DNA of 64,000 nt from Bacteroidota bacterium (GCA_009919265.1 RGCF01000004.1:6185-70184); one strand, 5' to 3'. Shown: positions 40,436 through 50,807, numbered from the stretch's first letter. Program-made: numbers and translations. Notes: a model not told the origin generated them from the letters alone.

Positions 40436-41233
40436 ATGACAATCAGTGATTTGAACGATAGACTCAATGAACTTTTTCCTCCCGAAACTGCCTGGAGTGG
40501 AGATGCCATAGGTTTACAAATTGATCATCATCCTCAGGATGGAGATATTCACTCTGTGTTAATAGCCTATGAGATTACTGAAGAAGTTGTTACCGAAGCA
40601 CTATTACACCATGTCGATTGCATCTGTGTCTTTCATCCGCTGATATTTTCGCCTCTGAGAACAATCACAAGACAAGACAGAGTCTCATCTTTAGTGTATG
40701 ACCTAATCCGCAATAATATCGGAGTTATTGTCATTCACACAAACTTCGACACGCATCCGCTTGGTACCAATGCATTAGCAGCCAAAGCAATTGGATTGGT
40801 TGAATCTTCAATACAACCTTTGGTGCCGGATATGCATCATGAACGATTTGGAATGGGAATCATCGGTTCTCTTTCTGAACAAATGAAGTCCTTTCAATTT
40901 GCTGAACATTGTGCCTCAATTTTTGGCTCCCCTGTTCGATATACGAAAGGAAAAACAAACGATATCAAAACCGTTGCCATGGTTTGTGGTAGCGGATCAC
41001 AATACATGCAACATGCTCTTGAAGCAAAAGTTGACTGCTTCATCACTGCTGATGTGAAATATCATCAATATCATGAAGCAAAAGGTTCAATCATGCTTAT
41101 TGATCCAGGACATGCTGAAATGGAGAAATTCGTTGTGGAGGGACTGACTACCCTCTTAAAACAAGATGAAAAAATAAAGGAATTGAAGATTATCAGTTCC
41201 GAAGTCAATACTTCACCAATACTTTATGTTTAA
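40436..41233 (+). CDS. Nif3-like dinuclear metal centre protein (DUF34)
   Basis: FHPLIF, HTNFD, CGSG, ITADVKYH, DPGH..E. Confidence 0.9.
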   Translation: MTISDLNDRLNELFPPETAWSGDAIGLQIDHHPQDGDIHSVLIAYEITEEVVTEALLHHVDCICVFHPLIFSPLRTITRQDRVSSLVYDLIRNNIGVIVIHTNFDTHPLGTNALAAKAIGLVESSIQPLVPDMHHERFGMGIIGSLSEQMKSFQFAEHCASIFGSPVRYTKGKTNDIKTVAMVCGSGSQYMQHALEAKVDCFITADVKYHQYHEAKGSIMLIDPGHAEMEKFVVEGLTTLLKQDEKIKELKIISSEVNTSPILYV

Positions 41234-41275
41234 TTCGACTTTTTTGATTCAATCATATATCACCAAGAGCTACTT

Positions 41276-41977
41276 ATGAACTCACTCGCTACAATGTTGT
41301 CAACCATGTCGGAAATTGATGCTATTCTGGATGACTTAAAAGAAGAACTTGGTGATTTACCTCAGCAAGTGAAAGAAGCAGAAGAATTCGTTCGATTGAA
41401 AAATGTACAAGCTGAACAAGCTGAGAAAGATATACATGACATCGAAGAATTTAAAAGTCGTTCACATATACGCCTTCAAGAAATCAAAGACAAGGAAGAC
41501 CAATTAGCTCAGCAACAATTTAATGTTCGTAATAACAAAGAATTTGATGCAATCACACATGAGATTGAATCTCTTAGAGATGAACGAAACAAAATCTACG
41601 ATGATCAAAGAACAATTGGCGTGAAGGAAGAAAATCTTCGTTCAATCATGGAACAAAGTAAAGCTGAACTTGAAGAAGCACAGCAACATTTATCCGAAAA
41701 AGAACAAGAACTCACAACAATTTCTCATGGCCATAATGATGAAATCACAGAGCAAACAAAAAAACGTGCTTCATTGGCTAAGGTAATTCCTACTCCGATC
41801 TTTGCAGAATATGAGCGTATTCGTACTTTTCACAAAGATGCAGCCGTAAAAGTTAAGAAAAATAGTTGCTCCGGATGTTTCAGTGCAGTCCCCCCTCAGA
41901 AAATTGTAGAAATGAGAAATAAATCTGATTTAATGTTCTTATGTGAGCATTGCGGAAGAATTCTTGTTGGAGAATAA
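41276..41977 (+). CDS. Coiled-coil protein with C4 zinc ribbon (DUF164 type)
   Basis: Long coiled coil with VRNNKEFDA; CSGCF...CEHCGRIL. Confidence 0.88.
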   Translation: MNSLATMLSTMSEIDAILDDLKEELGDLPQQVKEAEEFVRLKNVQAEQAEKDIHDIEEFKSRSHIRLQEIKDKEDQLAQQQFNVRNNKEFDAITHEIESLRDERNKIYDDQRTIGVKEENLRSIMEQSKAELEEAQQHLSEKEQELTTISHGHNDEITEQTKKRASLAKVIPTPIFAEYERIRTFHKDAAVKVKKNSCSGCFSAVPPQKIVEMRNKSDLMFLCEHCGRILVGE

Positions 41978-41985
41978 ATATTATT

Positions 41986-42372
41986 GACGGGGCTGTCGGA
42001 GAAGCGCGCCGTTTTTTACGGTGAGGAAAGTCCGAACTCCACAGAGCAGCGTGCTTTGTAACACAAAGGCGATGACTCATTTCGCAAGAAATGCGAAGTC
42101 GACGGAAAGTGCAACAGAAAATATACCGCCGTTTATACGGTAAGGTTGAAATGGCGAGGTAAGAGCTCACCGCATTCATGGTGACATGAATGGCATGGCA
42201 AACCCCACGCGGAGCAAGGCAAATAAGAAAGAGGTGTCTTTGGACAATCGGATTGCTCGTTCGATATTAAACTTTTTCGGGTATGCCGCAAAGAAATCAA
42301 TGGCAACATTGATTCAAGATAAATGCTTCTCCTCCTTCAGGAGACAGAATTCGGCTTATAGACAGCTTCGTC
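41986..42372 (+). ncRNA. rnpB: RNase P RNA, bacterial type A
   Basis: GAGGAAAGTCC, GGAAAGTGCAACAGAAA, GGTAAGAGC, GGCAAACCCC, GAGCAAGGC, ACAGAATTCGGCTTA; P1 pairing GACGGGGCTGTC/GACAGCTTCGTC. Confidence 0.96.
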
Positions 42373-42385
42373 TTCTTTTTTTTCT

Positions 42386-42964
42386 ATGCTTTGTTTACTT
42401 AATAATACTAGACCCGAATGGGTGGATATAGCAGCTGCAAATATCAACACTCTTCTCATTGATCATGCACATTGCGAAAAAAAAGCAGCCGCAAATGCAA
42501 TGTCTATGATTCAGCGTTATCCGAATCATGAACAAATCGTCAGAGAAATGATTCTCATTCTAAAAGAAGAATGGGAGCATTTTGAAAAAGTTTATGAACG
42601 TATCATACAGAATAACATGCAGCTGACAACAGACATTGGGGATGACTATGCACAACAACTTTCAAAACATATTCGCAAACGAGAACCTGAAAGAATGCTT
42701 GACATGCTGCTCATAGATGCTCTAATCGAAGCACGTTCTTGTGAACGGTTTTCCCTCCTCGCAACAGCACCGACAATATCTGAAGATTTGCGAAAGTTTT
42801 ATCAAGATTTATTTGTAAGTGAAGCGGGACATTATACCACATTCACAGAACTAGCCAGAGCATATTTCCCTGCTGAAATCGTAAAACAACGACTACATGA
42901 ATTGGCAACTATTGAAGCTGCCATCATTGATACCCTTGGCCATCAACCAACAATTCACGGTTGA
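42386..42964 (+). CDS. miaE: tRNA-(ms2io6A) hydroxylase MiaE
   Basis: LIDHAHCEKKAA, EEWEHF, LIEARSCERF, SEAGHY, C-terminal IHG. Confidence 0.92.
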   Translation: MLCLLNNTRPEWVDIAAANINTLLIDHAHCEKKAAANAMSMIQRYPNHEQIVREMILILKEEWEHFEKVYERIIQNNMQLTTDIGDDYAQQLSKHIRKREPERMLDMLLIDALIEARSCERFSLLATAPTISEDLRKFYQDLFVSEAGHYTTFTELARAYFPAEIVKQRLHELATIEAAIIDTLGHQPTIHG

Positions 42965-42968
42965 TATC

Positions 42969-43898
42969 ATGAAATCCCCCTCAATCATTTTCATGGGTAC
43001 TCCCGAATTTGCAGTACCTGCACTGAAAGCACTTCATGATGCCTTCGGTTTGGCAGCAGTCGTCAGTGTGCCAGATAAACCAGCAGGAAGAGGAAGATCA
43101 ATGCAATGTTCTGCGGTAAGCAGAGAAGCTGAAAAACTTGGTATTCCATTATATAAACCACAAGATTTGCGCGATCCAAGTTTTATATCTTCATTAGCTT
43201 CCTTAAAGCCGGATATCATTGTAGTCATTGCATTTAGAATACTACCTAGAGAAGTCTATTCAATTGCTCGTCTTGGATCATTCAATATTCATGGAAGTTT
43301 ACTCCCAAAATATAGAGGTGCAGCACCGATTCAATGGGCAATCATCAATGGAGAACAACAGACCGGTTTGACATCTTTTCTACTCAATGATGCTGTAGAT
43401 ACAGGAAGTATAGTAGAACAAATAGAGATTTCTATCGATCCTGACATGACATCCGGAGAACTCTTCACTGCACTCATGAATCCTGCAGCTGAACTTGCCA
43501 TACAAACCTGCAATGCATTATTAAATGGAAATGCGAACCCAATTTCTCAAGACGATACGCTAGCAACGCCTGCACCGAAGATTTTTAGAGATACATGCAA
43601 GATTGATTGGAACAAGACTGCAGTTGATATCAATAATCTTATTCGTGGTGCTAATCCCAAACCAGGTGCTTGGACTACCTTTAATGATAGAACATTCAAG
43701 ATCCTAAAAGCAAGAATCAATAATGCGGAACCTAATCTCCAACCAGGTTCATATATTATTTCTGACTCAGATGTTACAGTCGGTACTGGTAATGGATTGA
43801 TTTCATTATTGGTAATACAAGAAGAAGGAAAACCGAAAATGCCTATTGCGGATTTTCTCAGAGGATATCGAGGCGTAAAAGAAGGAATATTCTCATGA
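42969..43898 (+). CDS. fmt: Methionyl-tRNA formyltransferase
   Basis: IFMGTPEFA, PDKPAGRG, NIHGSLLPKYRGAAPIQWA, APKI, P.PGAW. Confidence 0.95.
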   Translation: MKSPSIIFMGTPEFAVPALKALHDAFGLAAVVSVPDKPAGRGRSMQCSAVSREAEKLGIPLYKPQDLRDPSFISSLASLKPDIIVVIAFRILPREVYSIARLGSFNIHGSLLPKYRGAAPIQWAIINGEQQTGLTSFLLNDAVDTGSIVEQIEISIDPDMTSGELFTALMNPAAELAIQTCNALLNGNANPISQDDTLATPAPKIFRDTCKIDWNKTAVDINNLIRGANPKPGAWTTFNDRTFKILKARINNAEPNLQPGSYIISDSDVTVGTGNGLISLLVIQEEGKPKMPIADFLRGYRGVKEGIFS

Positions 43899-44560
43899 TG
43901 GATCCATTAGAATTTTGGACACTTTGTAATGCAAATGGGATCTTATTGACAAGAGAACAAATGGAAACATTTGAACGATTTCATGATGAATTGATCTATT
44001 GGAATGAAAAAGTCAATCTTATTTCTAGAAAAGACATTGATAATATCTGGATTCGTCATTTTATGCATTCACTCAGCATTGTCAAAGCAGATATAATTCA
44101 ATCCAAAAGTACATGTCTTGATGTTGGATGTGGTGGTGGATTTCCAGGAATTCCAGTTGGTATTGCAAGACTGGATCTATCAGTCACAATGGTTGACTCT
44201 ATTGCAAAGAAAATGAAATTAACAGCTATGTTTGCTGATCATACAGGGCAAAGAAATTTCAAAACAATTGTTTCTCGCATGGAAGATATAGCAAAAGATA
44301 AATCTCAACAACAAAGGTATGACCATATAATAGCAAGAGCAGTTGCACCAATAATATCACTCATACAGTGGACAAAACCTCTATTAAAGAAAGATGGGTC
44401 ATATATATTACTAAAGGGCGGCGATCTAACAAGTGAGATACTGGAAGCTCAACAAGCATTCCCTAGTCTTATTATCAAAGAATATCCCATCAATTGGATT
44501 GGTGTAAACTGGTTTACAACAGAAGAAAAGAAAATCATTCATTGCTATTTTCAACCCTAA
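43895..44560 (+). CDS. rsmG: 16S rRNA m7G527 methyltransferase
   Basis: WNEKVNLISR, DVGCGGGFPGIP, DSIAKK, ARAV, LKGG. Confidence 0.93.
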   Translation: MMDPLEFWTLCNANGILLTREQMETFERFHDELIYWNEKVNLISRKDIDNIWIRHFMHSLSIVKADIIQSKSTCLDVGCGGGFPGIPVGIARLDLSVTMVDSIAKKMKLTAMFADHTGQRNFKTIVSRMEDIAKDKSQQQRYDHIIARAVAPIISLIQWTKPLLKKDGSYILLKGGDLTSEILEAQQAFPSLIIKEYPINWIGVNWFTTEEKKIIHCYFQP

Positions 44561-44618
44561 TGTGACATTTTAATCGAATATTTGTCTTATCTTATTGTAA
44601 ACAATAAGATCTAAGCTC

Positions 44619-46280
44619 ATGAATAGACGCACTTTTCTTACCGGTACACTTGTAGAACAAGTTGAACAACCATCATCAACAGCCAAGGCAGTTGCATCAG
44701 CTTTGGACCCCTTTTCTGGCCAATGGACAGATAAGCAAAGGAAACACCTCTTACATAGAACAATGTTTGGGATTCAGCTAAAGCAATTTGAACAAGCTAG
44801 CATGATGACCTTACAAGAAATTCTTGACATGCTCTTTTCAGCACAGACTCTTCCCTCTCATCCCGTCGCCTATTTGAATACCGGAAATATCACAGCTGGA
44901 AATGACTGGACTGCAGCAACTTATGATGTAAACCAAGAAAATGTTCGATTGGCTTTTCTTCAGTCATGGCAAATTTCCATGATGCTGAATCAGCCAATTC
45001 GCATTCATGATAAATTGATGCTTTTCTGGCAAAATCATTTTGCAACCGGATCGGGTTCGGTTAAAGATGCGCGACTCATGCATAAACAGTATGAATTACT
45101 GTTCAACAATGTATTAGGAAATTTCAAATCAATGGTGGAATCAATTGTTTTAGATCCTGCCATGCTACGATATCTCAATGGAAATACAAATAGCAAAGAT
45201 CGACCAAATGAGAATTTTGCAAGAGAACTTCAGGAATTGTTTACCATCGGGAAAGGCCCAGAGATAGCTCCAGGAAATTATACCAATTATACAGAACAAG
45301 ATATCAAAGAAGCTGCAAGAATACTTACAGGGTGGTCAGACAATCAAACAACTCAAACTGCTACCTTTAAATCTGCAAGCCACGATACTGGTAAAAAGAC
45401 CTTTTCTGCAGCTTATAAACAAACAGTTATACAAAGTGGTGGAACAACAGAAGCACATGCAAAACAAGAAGTTTCAGCTCTTATCAACATGATATTCGCT
45501 CAAGAAGCGACATCACTGTATATAACAAGAAAATTATATCGTTTTTTTGTCGATTATATCATTGATGAATCTGTTGAAACATTTGTGATCCAACCATTAG
45601 CAAAACTATTACGCGAGAGCTCTTTTGAAATAAAACCTGTATTACAAACTTTGTTTAAAAGTGAACACTTTTATTCAAGTACCTTCAAAGGTTGCTTTAT
45701 CAAAACACCAATGGATTTTGTGATTGGAACAAGCAGATTGTTTGAACCTGCTTTATTGTACCCTCAGGATCAGAAAGAAGTTCATTGGGCATATCGCACT
45801 TTGCGAAGATTGATGGCACAAATGGGACAAGATCTGATAAGCCCACCCAATGTAGCTGGTTTGCCAGCATATTATCAAGAACCTGCATATCATGAATTAT
45901 GGATAAATGCAGATACTTTGCAAAAGCGCATAAAATTTATTGGAGATTTGTCTGTGGATCATCTTCAATTGGATGAAATGGCTTATGGAAAAGGTGCATT
46001 AATCGATGTTTTTAAGATTGTAGAATGGGCTGGCGATCCCTCTGATTCAATGCAAATAGTTGAAGCTTGGTGTGATTGGTTCTATGCCATAGATATAAAT
46101 GCAGAAGTAAAACATGTGATGCAACGATTCTTAACCGGCGGCCTCGAAGACTTTGTTTGGACAAATGAATGGATTGAATGGAAAAACAATCCAACTGAAG
46201 ACAAAACCAAAGCAATTGAAGTCAAATTACGCACCTTATTAAAATATATGTTGAGCATGGCAGAATATCAATTGGCATGA
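44619..46280 (+). CDS. DUF1800 family protein
   Basis: LFWQNHFA, PAMLRYLNG, PNENFARELQELFTIG, DIKEAARILTGW, HDTGKK, PPNVAG, EYQL. Confidence 0.9.
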   Translation: MNRRTFLTGTLVEQVEQPSSTAKAVASALDPFSGQWTDKQRKHLLHRTMFGIQLKQFEQASMMTLQEILDMLFSAQTLPSHPVAYLNTGNITAGNDWTAATYDVNQENVRLAFLQSWQISMMLNQPIRIHDKLMLFWQNHFATGSGSVKDARLMHKQYELLFNNVLGNFKSMVESIVLDPAMLRYLNGNTNSKDRPNENFARELQELFTIGKGPEIAPGNYTNYTEQDIKEAARILTGWSDNQTTQTATFKSASHDTGKKTFSAAYKQTVIQSGGTTEAHAKQEVSALINMIFAQEATSLYITRKLYRFFVDYIIDESVETFVIQPLAKLLRESSFEIKPVLQTLFKSEHFYSSTFKGCFIKTPMDFVIGTSRLFEPALLYPQDQKEVHWAYRTLRRLMAQMGQDLISPPNVAGLPAYYQEPAYHELWINADTLQKRIKFIGDLSVDHLQLDEMAYGKGALIDVFKIVEWAGDPSDSMQIVEAWCDWFYAIDINAEVKHVMQRFLTGGLEDFVWTNEWIEWKNNPTEDKTKAIEVKLRTLLKYMLSMAEYQLA

Positions 46281-46290
46281 GGAATACACT

Positions 46291-47865
46291 ATGAAACGCA
46301 GACAATTTCTCCGAAATCTTTCATTGGCAAGTGCAGTAGCTCCAATTATGCTCAATGGATATTCCGTACATGCATTCCAAGATCATCAAATGTTTTCTCC
46401 TCTGGAATTAGCAGATTGTGATGAACGCATTCTTGTTCTTGTCCAATTGAATGGGGGCAATGATGGTTTGAATACTGTGATTCCATTGGATCAATACGGA
46501 CTCTATCAATCCGCAAGAAAAAATATAGCAATTCAAGAACAATCTGTTTTAAAACTTACAGATTCTACAGGCTTGCATCCACAAATGCAGGCTTTTCAAA
46601 CCATGTTCAAAGATGGTACATTGAAACTCATTCAAGATGTTGGATATCCAGTCCCAAATTACTCGCATTTTCGTTCCACTGATATTTGGCTTACTGGTTC
46701 TGATTCAGAAGAATATCTAACTACTGGATGGCTAGGTAGATATTTAGATAAACGCTTTCCTAATTATCCATCAGCTTATCCAAATGCTGAGATGTCAGAT
46801 CCACTTGCTATACAAATAGGATCCGTTCTTTCATTGGGATTTGAAGGTCCTGCAGCAAATATGGCAATGGCATTTACAGACCCAACATCCTATTACAATA
46901 TTGTTAATGGTTCAGGAAATCAAAGCTCAACAAATAGATCTGAATTTGAATTGGCATATATTAGAAAGATCGGTGAACAATTACAAAAGTTTGCAACACC
47001 CGTTAAAAATGCAGCCTCAAAAGCTAAAAATAAATCAACCCTATATCCAGCAGCAAAGTCTAATCCTCTTGCAGATCAGTTGAAAATTGTAGCTCAGTTA
47101 ATTGCCGGTGGATTGAAAACAAAAGTATATATGGTTTCTTTGACTGGATTCGATACTCATGCCAACCAATTGCAAGGTGGTAATGGCACACCGACTCCTC
47201 ATGGAACATTACTTCAACAAGTGTCCGTTGCAATTCAGGCATTTATGGATGATTGCAAACTCTTGGGCATTGATCATCGCATCTTAGGCATGACATTTTC
47301 TGAATTTGGAAGAAGAATTGCATCAAATGCCAGCGCAGGAACAGATCATGGTGCCGCTGGCCCCGTCTTTCTTTTTGGAACTCAAATCCTCCCAGGTATA
47401 ATTGGCCATAATTCGATCATCCCTCAAAATCCTGGCCCAGAAGACAATATACCCATGCAAACAGATTTCAGGACACTATATGCTTCTATACTCAAGCAAT
47501 GGTTCTGCATCGCTCCGGCAAACTTGAAAGAATTGACCGTACATGACTTTGCCTATGATTTACCAATCCTTCAAAATTCAACTTCTACTGTTCAAGAGTC
47601 GATATCAGTATTGGAAGAAACAGTATCAATTTTTCCCAATCCAGCAATCGACCTTATAACATTGACTGCAAATTGCCCAACCAAAATCCAAGCAGTTTCT
47701 CTTTTTGATAATACCGGTAGATTTGTAAAGCAACTAATAGGCACTATCCCCCCAGGCCCTTACTCAATGACAATTCAGCTCAATGGACTTAGCCCCGGAT
47801 ATTATATAATTCAATTCCAACTTCCATTTGGGCAAGTCCTTTCCAAACCTTTGATAGTAAGTTAA
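46291..47865 (+). CDS. DUF1501 family protein with Tat signal and T9SS C-terminal domain
   Basis: MKRRQFL; QLNGGNDGLNTVIP, SHFRSTDIW, GFDTHANQ, FSEFGRR, GTDHG, DFR; CTD IFPNPA...LSPGYYII...KPLIVS. Confidence 0.88.
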   Translation: MKRRQFLRNLSLASAVAPIMLNGYSVHAFQDHQMFSPLELADCDERILVLVQLNGGNDGLNTVIPLDQYGLYQSARKNIAIQEQSVLKLTDSTGLHPQMQAFQTMFKDGTLKLIQDVGYPVPNYSHFRSTDIWLTGSDSEEYLTTGWLGRYLDKRFPNYPSAYPNAEMSDPLAIQIGSVLSLGFEGPAANMAMAFTDPTSYYNIVNGSGNQSSTNRSEFELAYIRKIGEQLQKFATPVKNAASKAKNKSTLYPAAKSNPLADQLKIVAQLIAGGLKTKVYMVSLTGFDTHANQLQGGNGTPTPHGTLLQQVSVAIQAFMDDCKLLGIDHRILGMTFSEFGRRIASNASAGTDHGAAGPVFLFGTQILPGIIGHNSIIPQNPGPEDNIPMQTDFRTLYASILKQWFCIAPANLKELTVHDFAYDLPILQNSTSTVQESISVLEETVSIFPNPAIDLITLTANCPTKIQAVSLFDNTGRFVKQLIGTIPPGPYSMTIQLNGLSPGYYIIQFQLPFGQVLSKPLIVS

Positions 47866-48113
47866 GTGTTATAATTTTCAAGTACTTACATTCTATTTAA
47901 CTTCTTTTCAGTACATGTCCTAATTTTAGGGTACTTTTTAGGTATCTTATCTGTATCCTTATTGTTTTTCAAGTAAATAGAGTGCAAGACTTGAAAAATG
48001 AAGCATTTATGAATTTTTTTCAATTTGGGCAACAGTTCAGCAAAAGGTATATTGAGTTTCACATCGAGCAGCATACGATGTGATAGTTTCACACACTATC
48101 TAGGGAGTAACCG

Positions 48114-50738
48114 ATGATAGGAATCATCAAAAGTTGTTATAGCATATGCATTGTGTCTATAGGCATAATGCTGTTTCATGCACCCCCCGCATCCGCACAG
48201 ACTGTGACTGGTGGCCAAAATGGCAAAACCCAGCAAGTCCCCGAAGTTGGCAATGAACCTAAGAATACCGCCAGCAAGGTCATTTCAGAAAAACTTGAAA
48301 AGGCCCGCCAAAAGTATTTAAAGGCTTTAACTGCCATTGAAAATGACGACACTTTGTCCATCCCCCGACTTTTCGAAGATGCAGTTCAGGCTCTGAACTC
48401 CCTGGCAAGCTATCCGGGAATTGAATCTAACGAAGATTTTGCCGATTTGGCTCAATCTATCATAGATGACTATGAAAGTTATGTTCAAATCATAGACAGT
48501 TTGCCTGAGAGCTCTTCGGCGTTCATGCTTCGAAACAAAATTTATCAAGAAGTGGAAGACATAGATCCGGCCTCTCCTTCTATGTCAACAATGCAATTTA
48601 CGAGTACCAGGGTATCCGGTGCACCCGGTGTTCCTGGCATGACAATTCCACTTGATATCAATGAATATGTTCAAAAGAATATCACATTCCTTTCGCAAGA
48701 CAAAGGACGAAAGTTCTTTAAGCGTTGGATTGAAAAAAGTACTCGCTGGTTCCCTCTTCTCAAAAGAATAGCTCGGGAAGAAGATATGCCGGAGGATATT
48801 ATATATCTATCCATGATTGAAAGTGCATTGAATCCAAATGCAGTTTCATGGGCTAAAGCAGTAGGCATGTGGCAATTCATGCAGGCCGCTGCAAGTGATT
48901 ATGGTTTAACCATGAATTCTTGGGTTGATGAAAGAAGGGATCCCGAAAAATCAACTCGGGCAGCGATGCGATATCTTAAATGGCTCTATAATGAGTTTGG
49001 AGATTGGCATTTGGCACTTGCAGCATATAATAGTGGACCTAATGGTCCAGTTCGACGTGGAATCTCTCGCATACAAAAAGATGCTCCCACTTTTTGGGAT
49101 ATAAGGGAATATCTTCCGAAAGAAACAAAGAATTATGTTCCCCTTTATATTGCCACAGCAGTTATCTGCTTGAATCAGGAGCAATATGGATTCACTAAAG
49201 ATGAACTTACATTTGAGCCAGAATATCAATATGAAACACATCCGATTGATGGATCAATCAGTTTGAAGGTTATTGCTCAATGTTTAAATGAATCAATTGA
49301 GCAAGTAAAAGAACTGAATCCGGAGTTAGTGGGTACAACTACCCCTCCGAATAGTGATGAACCTTATGAATTAAAAATTCCTGTTGGGAAAAAAGAACTG
49401 TTCGCACAAAACCTTGCGAAACTCTCACCAGAAGAATTAAATCCTTGGGTTCTTCATTCTGTCGAAAAGGGCGAGACCATTGCAGATATTGCAGCTAAAT
49501 ATGCTGTAAATACTCAAGATATAACATCAAACAACTCAATTTCAAGTGGTAGTAAACTCAAGAAAGGGATGTCAATTAGAATCCCCAGAGAGGCATTAGG
49601 AACAGCTGTTCTTACAGCCAATACGCCTTCAAGCGATACAATAAGTGGCTCAGTTTCTACTATTGAACAACCTGCGAAAAATTCTGTAGTGGAGTCTAAT
49701 CAACAACAGGCTACAGTTGCATCACAAGTAGAGACCCCAATCAATACGACTGTACCAAAGAAAAATACTGTGCAGAATGATTTATTGGTGAATGCAAGTC
49801 CTTCGATTGCATCTAATCAAGAAAAAGTTATTGATAAAAAAACACCCAAGGAAGAAGTATTAGAGACTGAAAAACCAACAGCTATCTCTATTACATCTCA
49901 ACAAACTCGTAAATCGCAAATAATCGAACAAAAAGATCAAGTTGAAATTGAAACCAAGAAAAGCGGTCGTGCTCATGTGAAGCATATTGTCCGCTCTGGT
50001 GAGTCACTCTACACTCTTGCTCAGAAATATGGAGTGAGAATGACTGATCTTAGGAATTGGAATGGGATTTCATTTGATACAGATCAATTGACCGAAGGTC
50101 AAGAACTTATTGTGTCTTCCACTGCAAGTCCAAAACTTGTCTATATCCAAGAGCAAAAACATAAAAGCCCGACACAAACTGTCAAAAGAGGAAATAAGCA
50201 TACCGTAAAACGTGGTGAAACCCTCGCGCAAATTGCAGATGATTATGGAATTGACATTGAGTCTCTTAGAAAAGCAAATAATATAAAAAAGTCGGGTACT
50301 ATTAGATCTGGTACAATTTTACGGATACCAAAACAATCATTCTCTGATGAGCGATCAACTCGTGCAGTTTCAAAAAAGAGAACATCAGGTTCAACATTGA
50401 AGGTACATTCTCTCAAAAAAGGAGAAACCCTTTCAAAGATTGCCGCTTTGTATAATGTTAGCGAAAAAGATTTGCGTTCTTGGAATCCTGGCATAAAGGC
50501 AAGCAAAGTGGTACGCGGCCAAAAGATTAAAGTGTATTCCAAAGTTTCCGGGAAAGGAAGTTCTTCGGAATCAAAAAATCGCTCTTCTTCTCGTTTGCCC
50601 AAACAATATAAGGTGAAGAAAGGTGATTCAATGAAAAGTATTGCAAGTAAATTTGGTATTTCACTTTCTCAATTAAAGAAGAAAAATAAAAAGTCAAAAT
50701 CCGGCTTGAAAGCAGGACAAACATTGCGAATACAATAA
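48114..50738 (+). CDS. mltD: MltD-type lytic transglycosylase with about five LysM domains
   Basis: SMIESAL, AVGMWQFM, VDERRDP, LAAYN, ETKNYVP; five LysM repeats of the H/Y-x-V-x-x-G-E/D-T/S-L type. Confidence 0.88.
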   Translation: MIGIIKSCYSICIVSIGIMLFHAPPASAQTVTGGQNGKTQQVPEVGNEPKNTASKVISEKLEKARQKYLKALTAIENDDTLSIPRLFEDAVQALNSLASYPGIESNEDFADLAQSIIDDYESYVQIIDSLPESSSAFMLRNKIYQEVEDIDPASPSMSTMQFTSTRVSGAPGVPGMTIPLDINEYVQKNITFLSQDKGRKFFKRWIEKSTRWFPLLKRIAREEDMPEDIIYLSMIESALNPNAVSWAKAVGMWQFMQAAASDYGLTMNSWVDERRDPEKSTRAAMRYLKWLYNEFGDWHLALAAYNSGPNGPVRRGISRIQKDAPTFWDIREYLPKETKNYVPLYIATAVICLNQEQYGFTKDELTFEPEYQYETHPIDGSISLKVIAQCLNESIEQVKELNPELVGTTTPPNSDEPYELKIPVGKKELFAQNLAKLSPEELNPWVLHSVEKGETIADIAAKYAVNTQDITSNNSISSGSKLKKGMSIRIPREALGTAVLTANTPSSDTISGSVSTIEQPAKNSVVESNQQQATVASQVETPINTTVPKKNTVQNDLLVNASPSIASNQEKVIDKKTPKEEVLETEKPTAISITSQQTRKSQIIEQKDQVEIETKKSGRAHVKHIVRSGESLYTLAQKYGVRMTDLRNWNGISFDTDQLTEGQELIVSSTASPKLVYIQEQKHKSPTQTVKRGNKHTVKRGETLAQIADDYGIDIESLRKANNIKKSGTIRSGTILRIPKQSFSDERSTRAVSKKRTSGSTLKVHSLKKGETLSKIAALYNVSEKDLRSWNPGIKASKVVRGQKIKVYSKVSGKGSSSESKNRSSSRLPKQYKVKKGDSMKSIASKFGISLSQLKKKNKKSKSGLKAGQTLRIQ

Positions 50739-50761
50739 ACCTTTTTAGAGATATCATATCT

Positions 50762-50799
50762 AACGGCAAAACAGTATATTGTTTTGCCGTTTTTATTTT
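50762..50799 (+). terminator. Intrinsic terminator after mltD
   Basis: AACGGCAAAACA-GTATAT-TGTTTTGCCGTT followed by TTTATTTT. Confidence 0.75.
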
Positions 50800-50807
50800 G
50801 AGTAACA

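Noticed and set aside
41880-42431. ORFs 41880-42179 (-) and 42186-42431 (+)
   Set aside because: They overlap the RNase P RNA, which explains the sequence.
47886-48092. 68-aa minus-strand ORF in the gap before mltD
   Set aside because: Lys/Ile-rich translation of AT-rich intergenic DNA with no SD or motif; the region reads better as regulatory.
49450-50735. Repeats in the mltD 3' half as a possible array
   Set aside because: They are ordinary divergent LysM domains, not DNA-level repeats.
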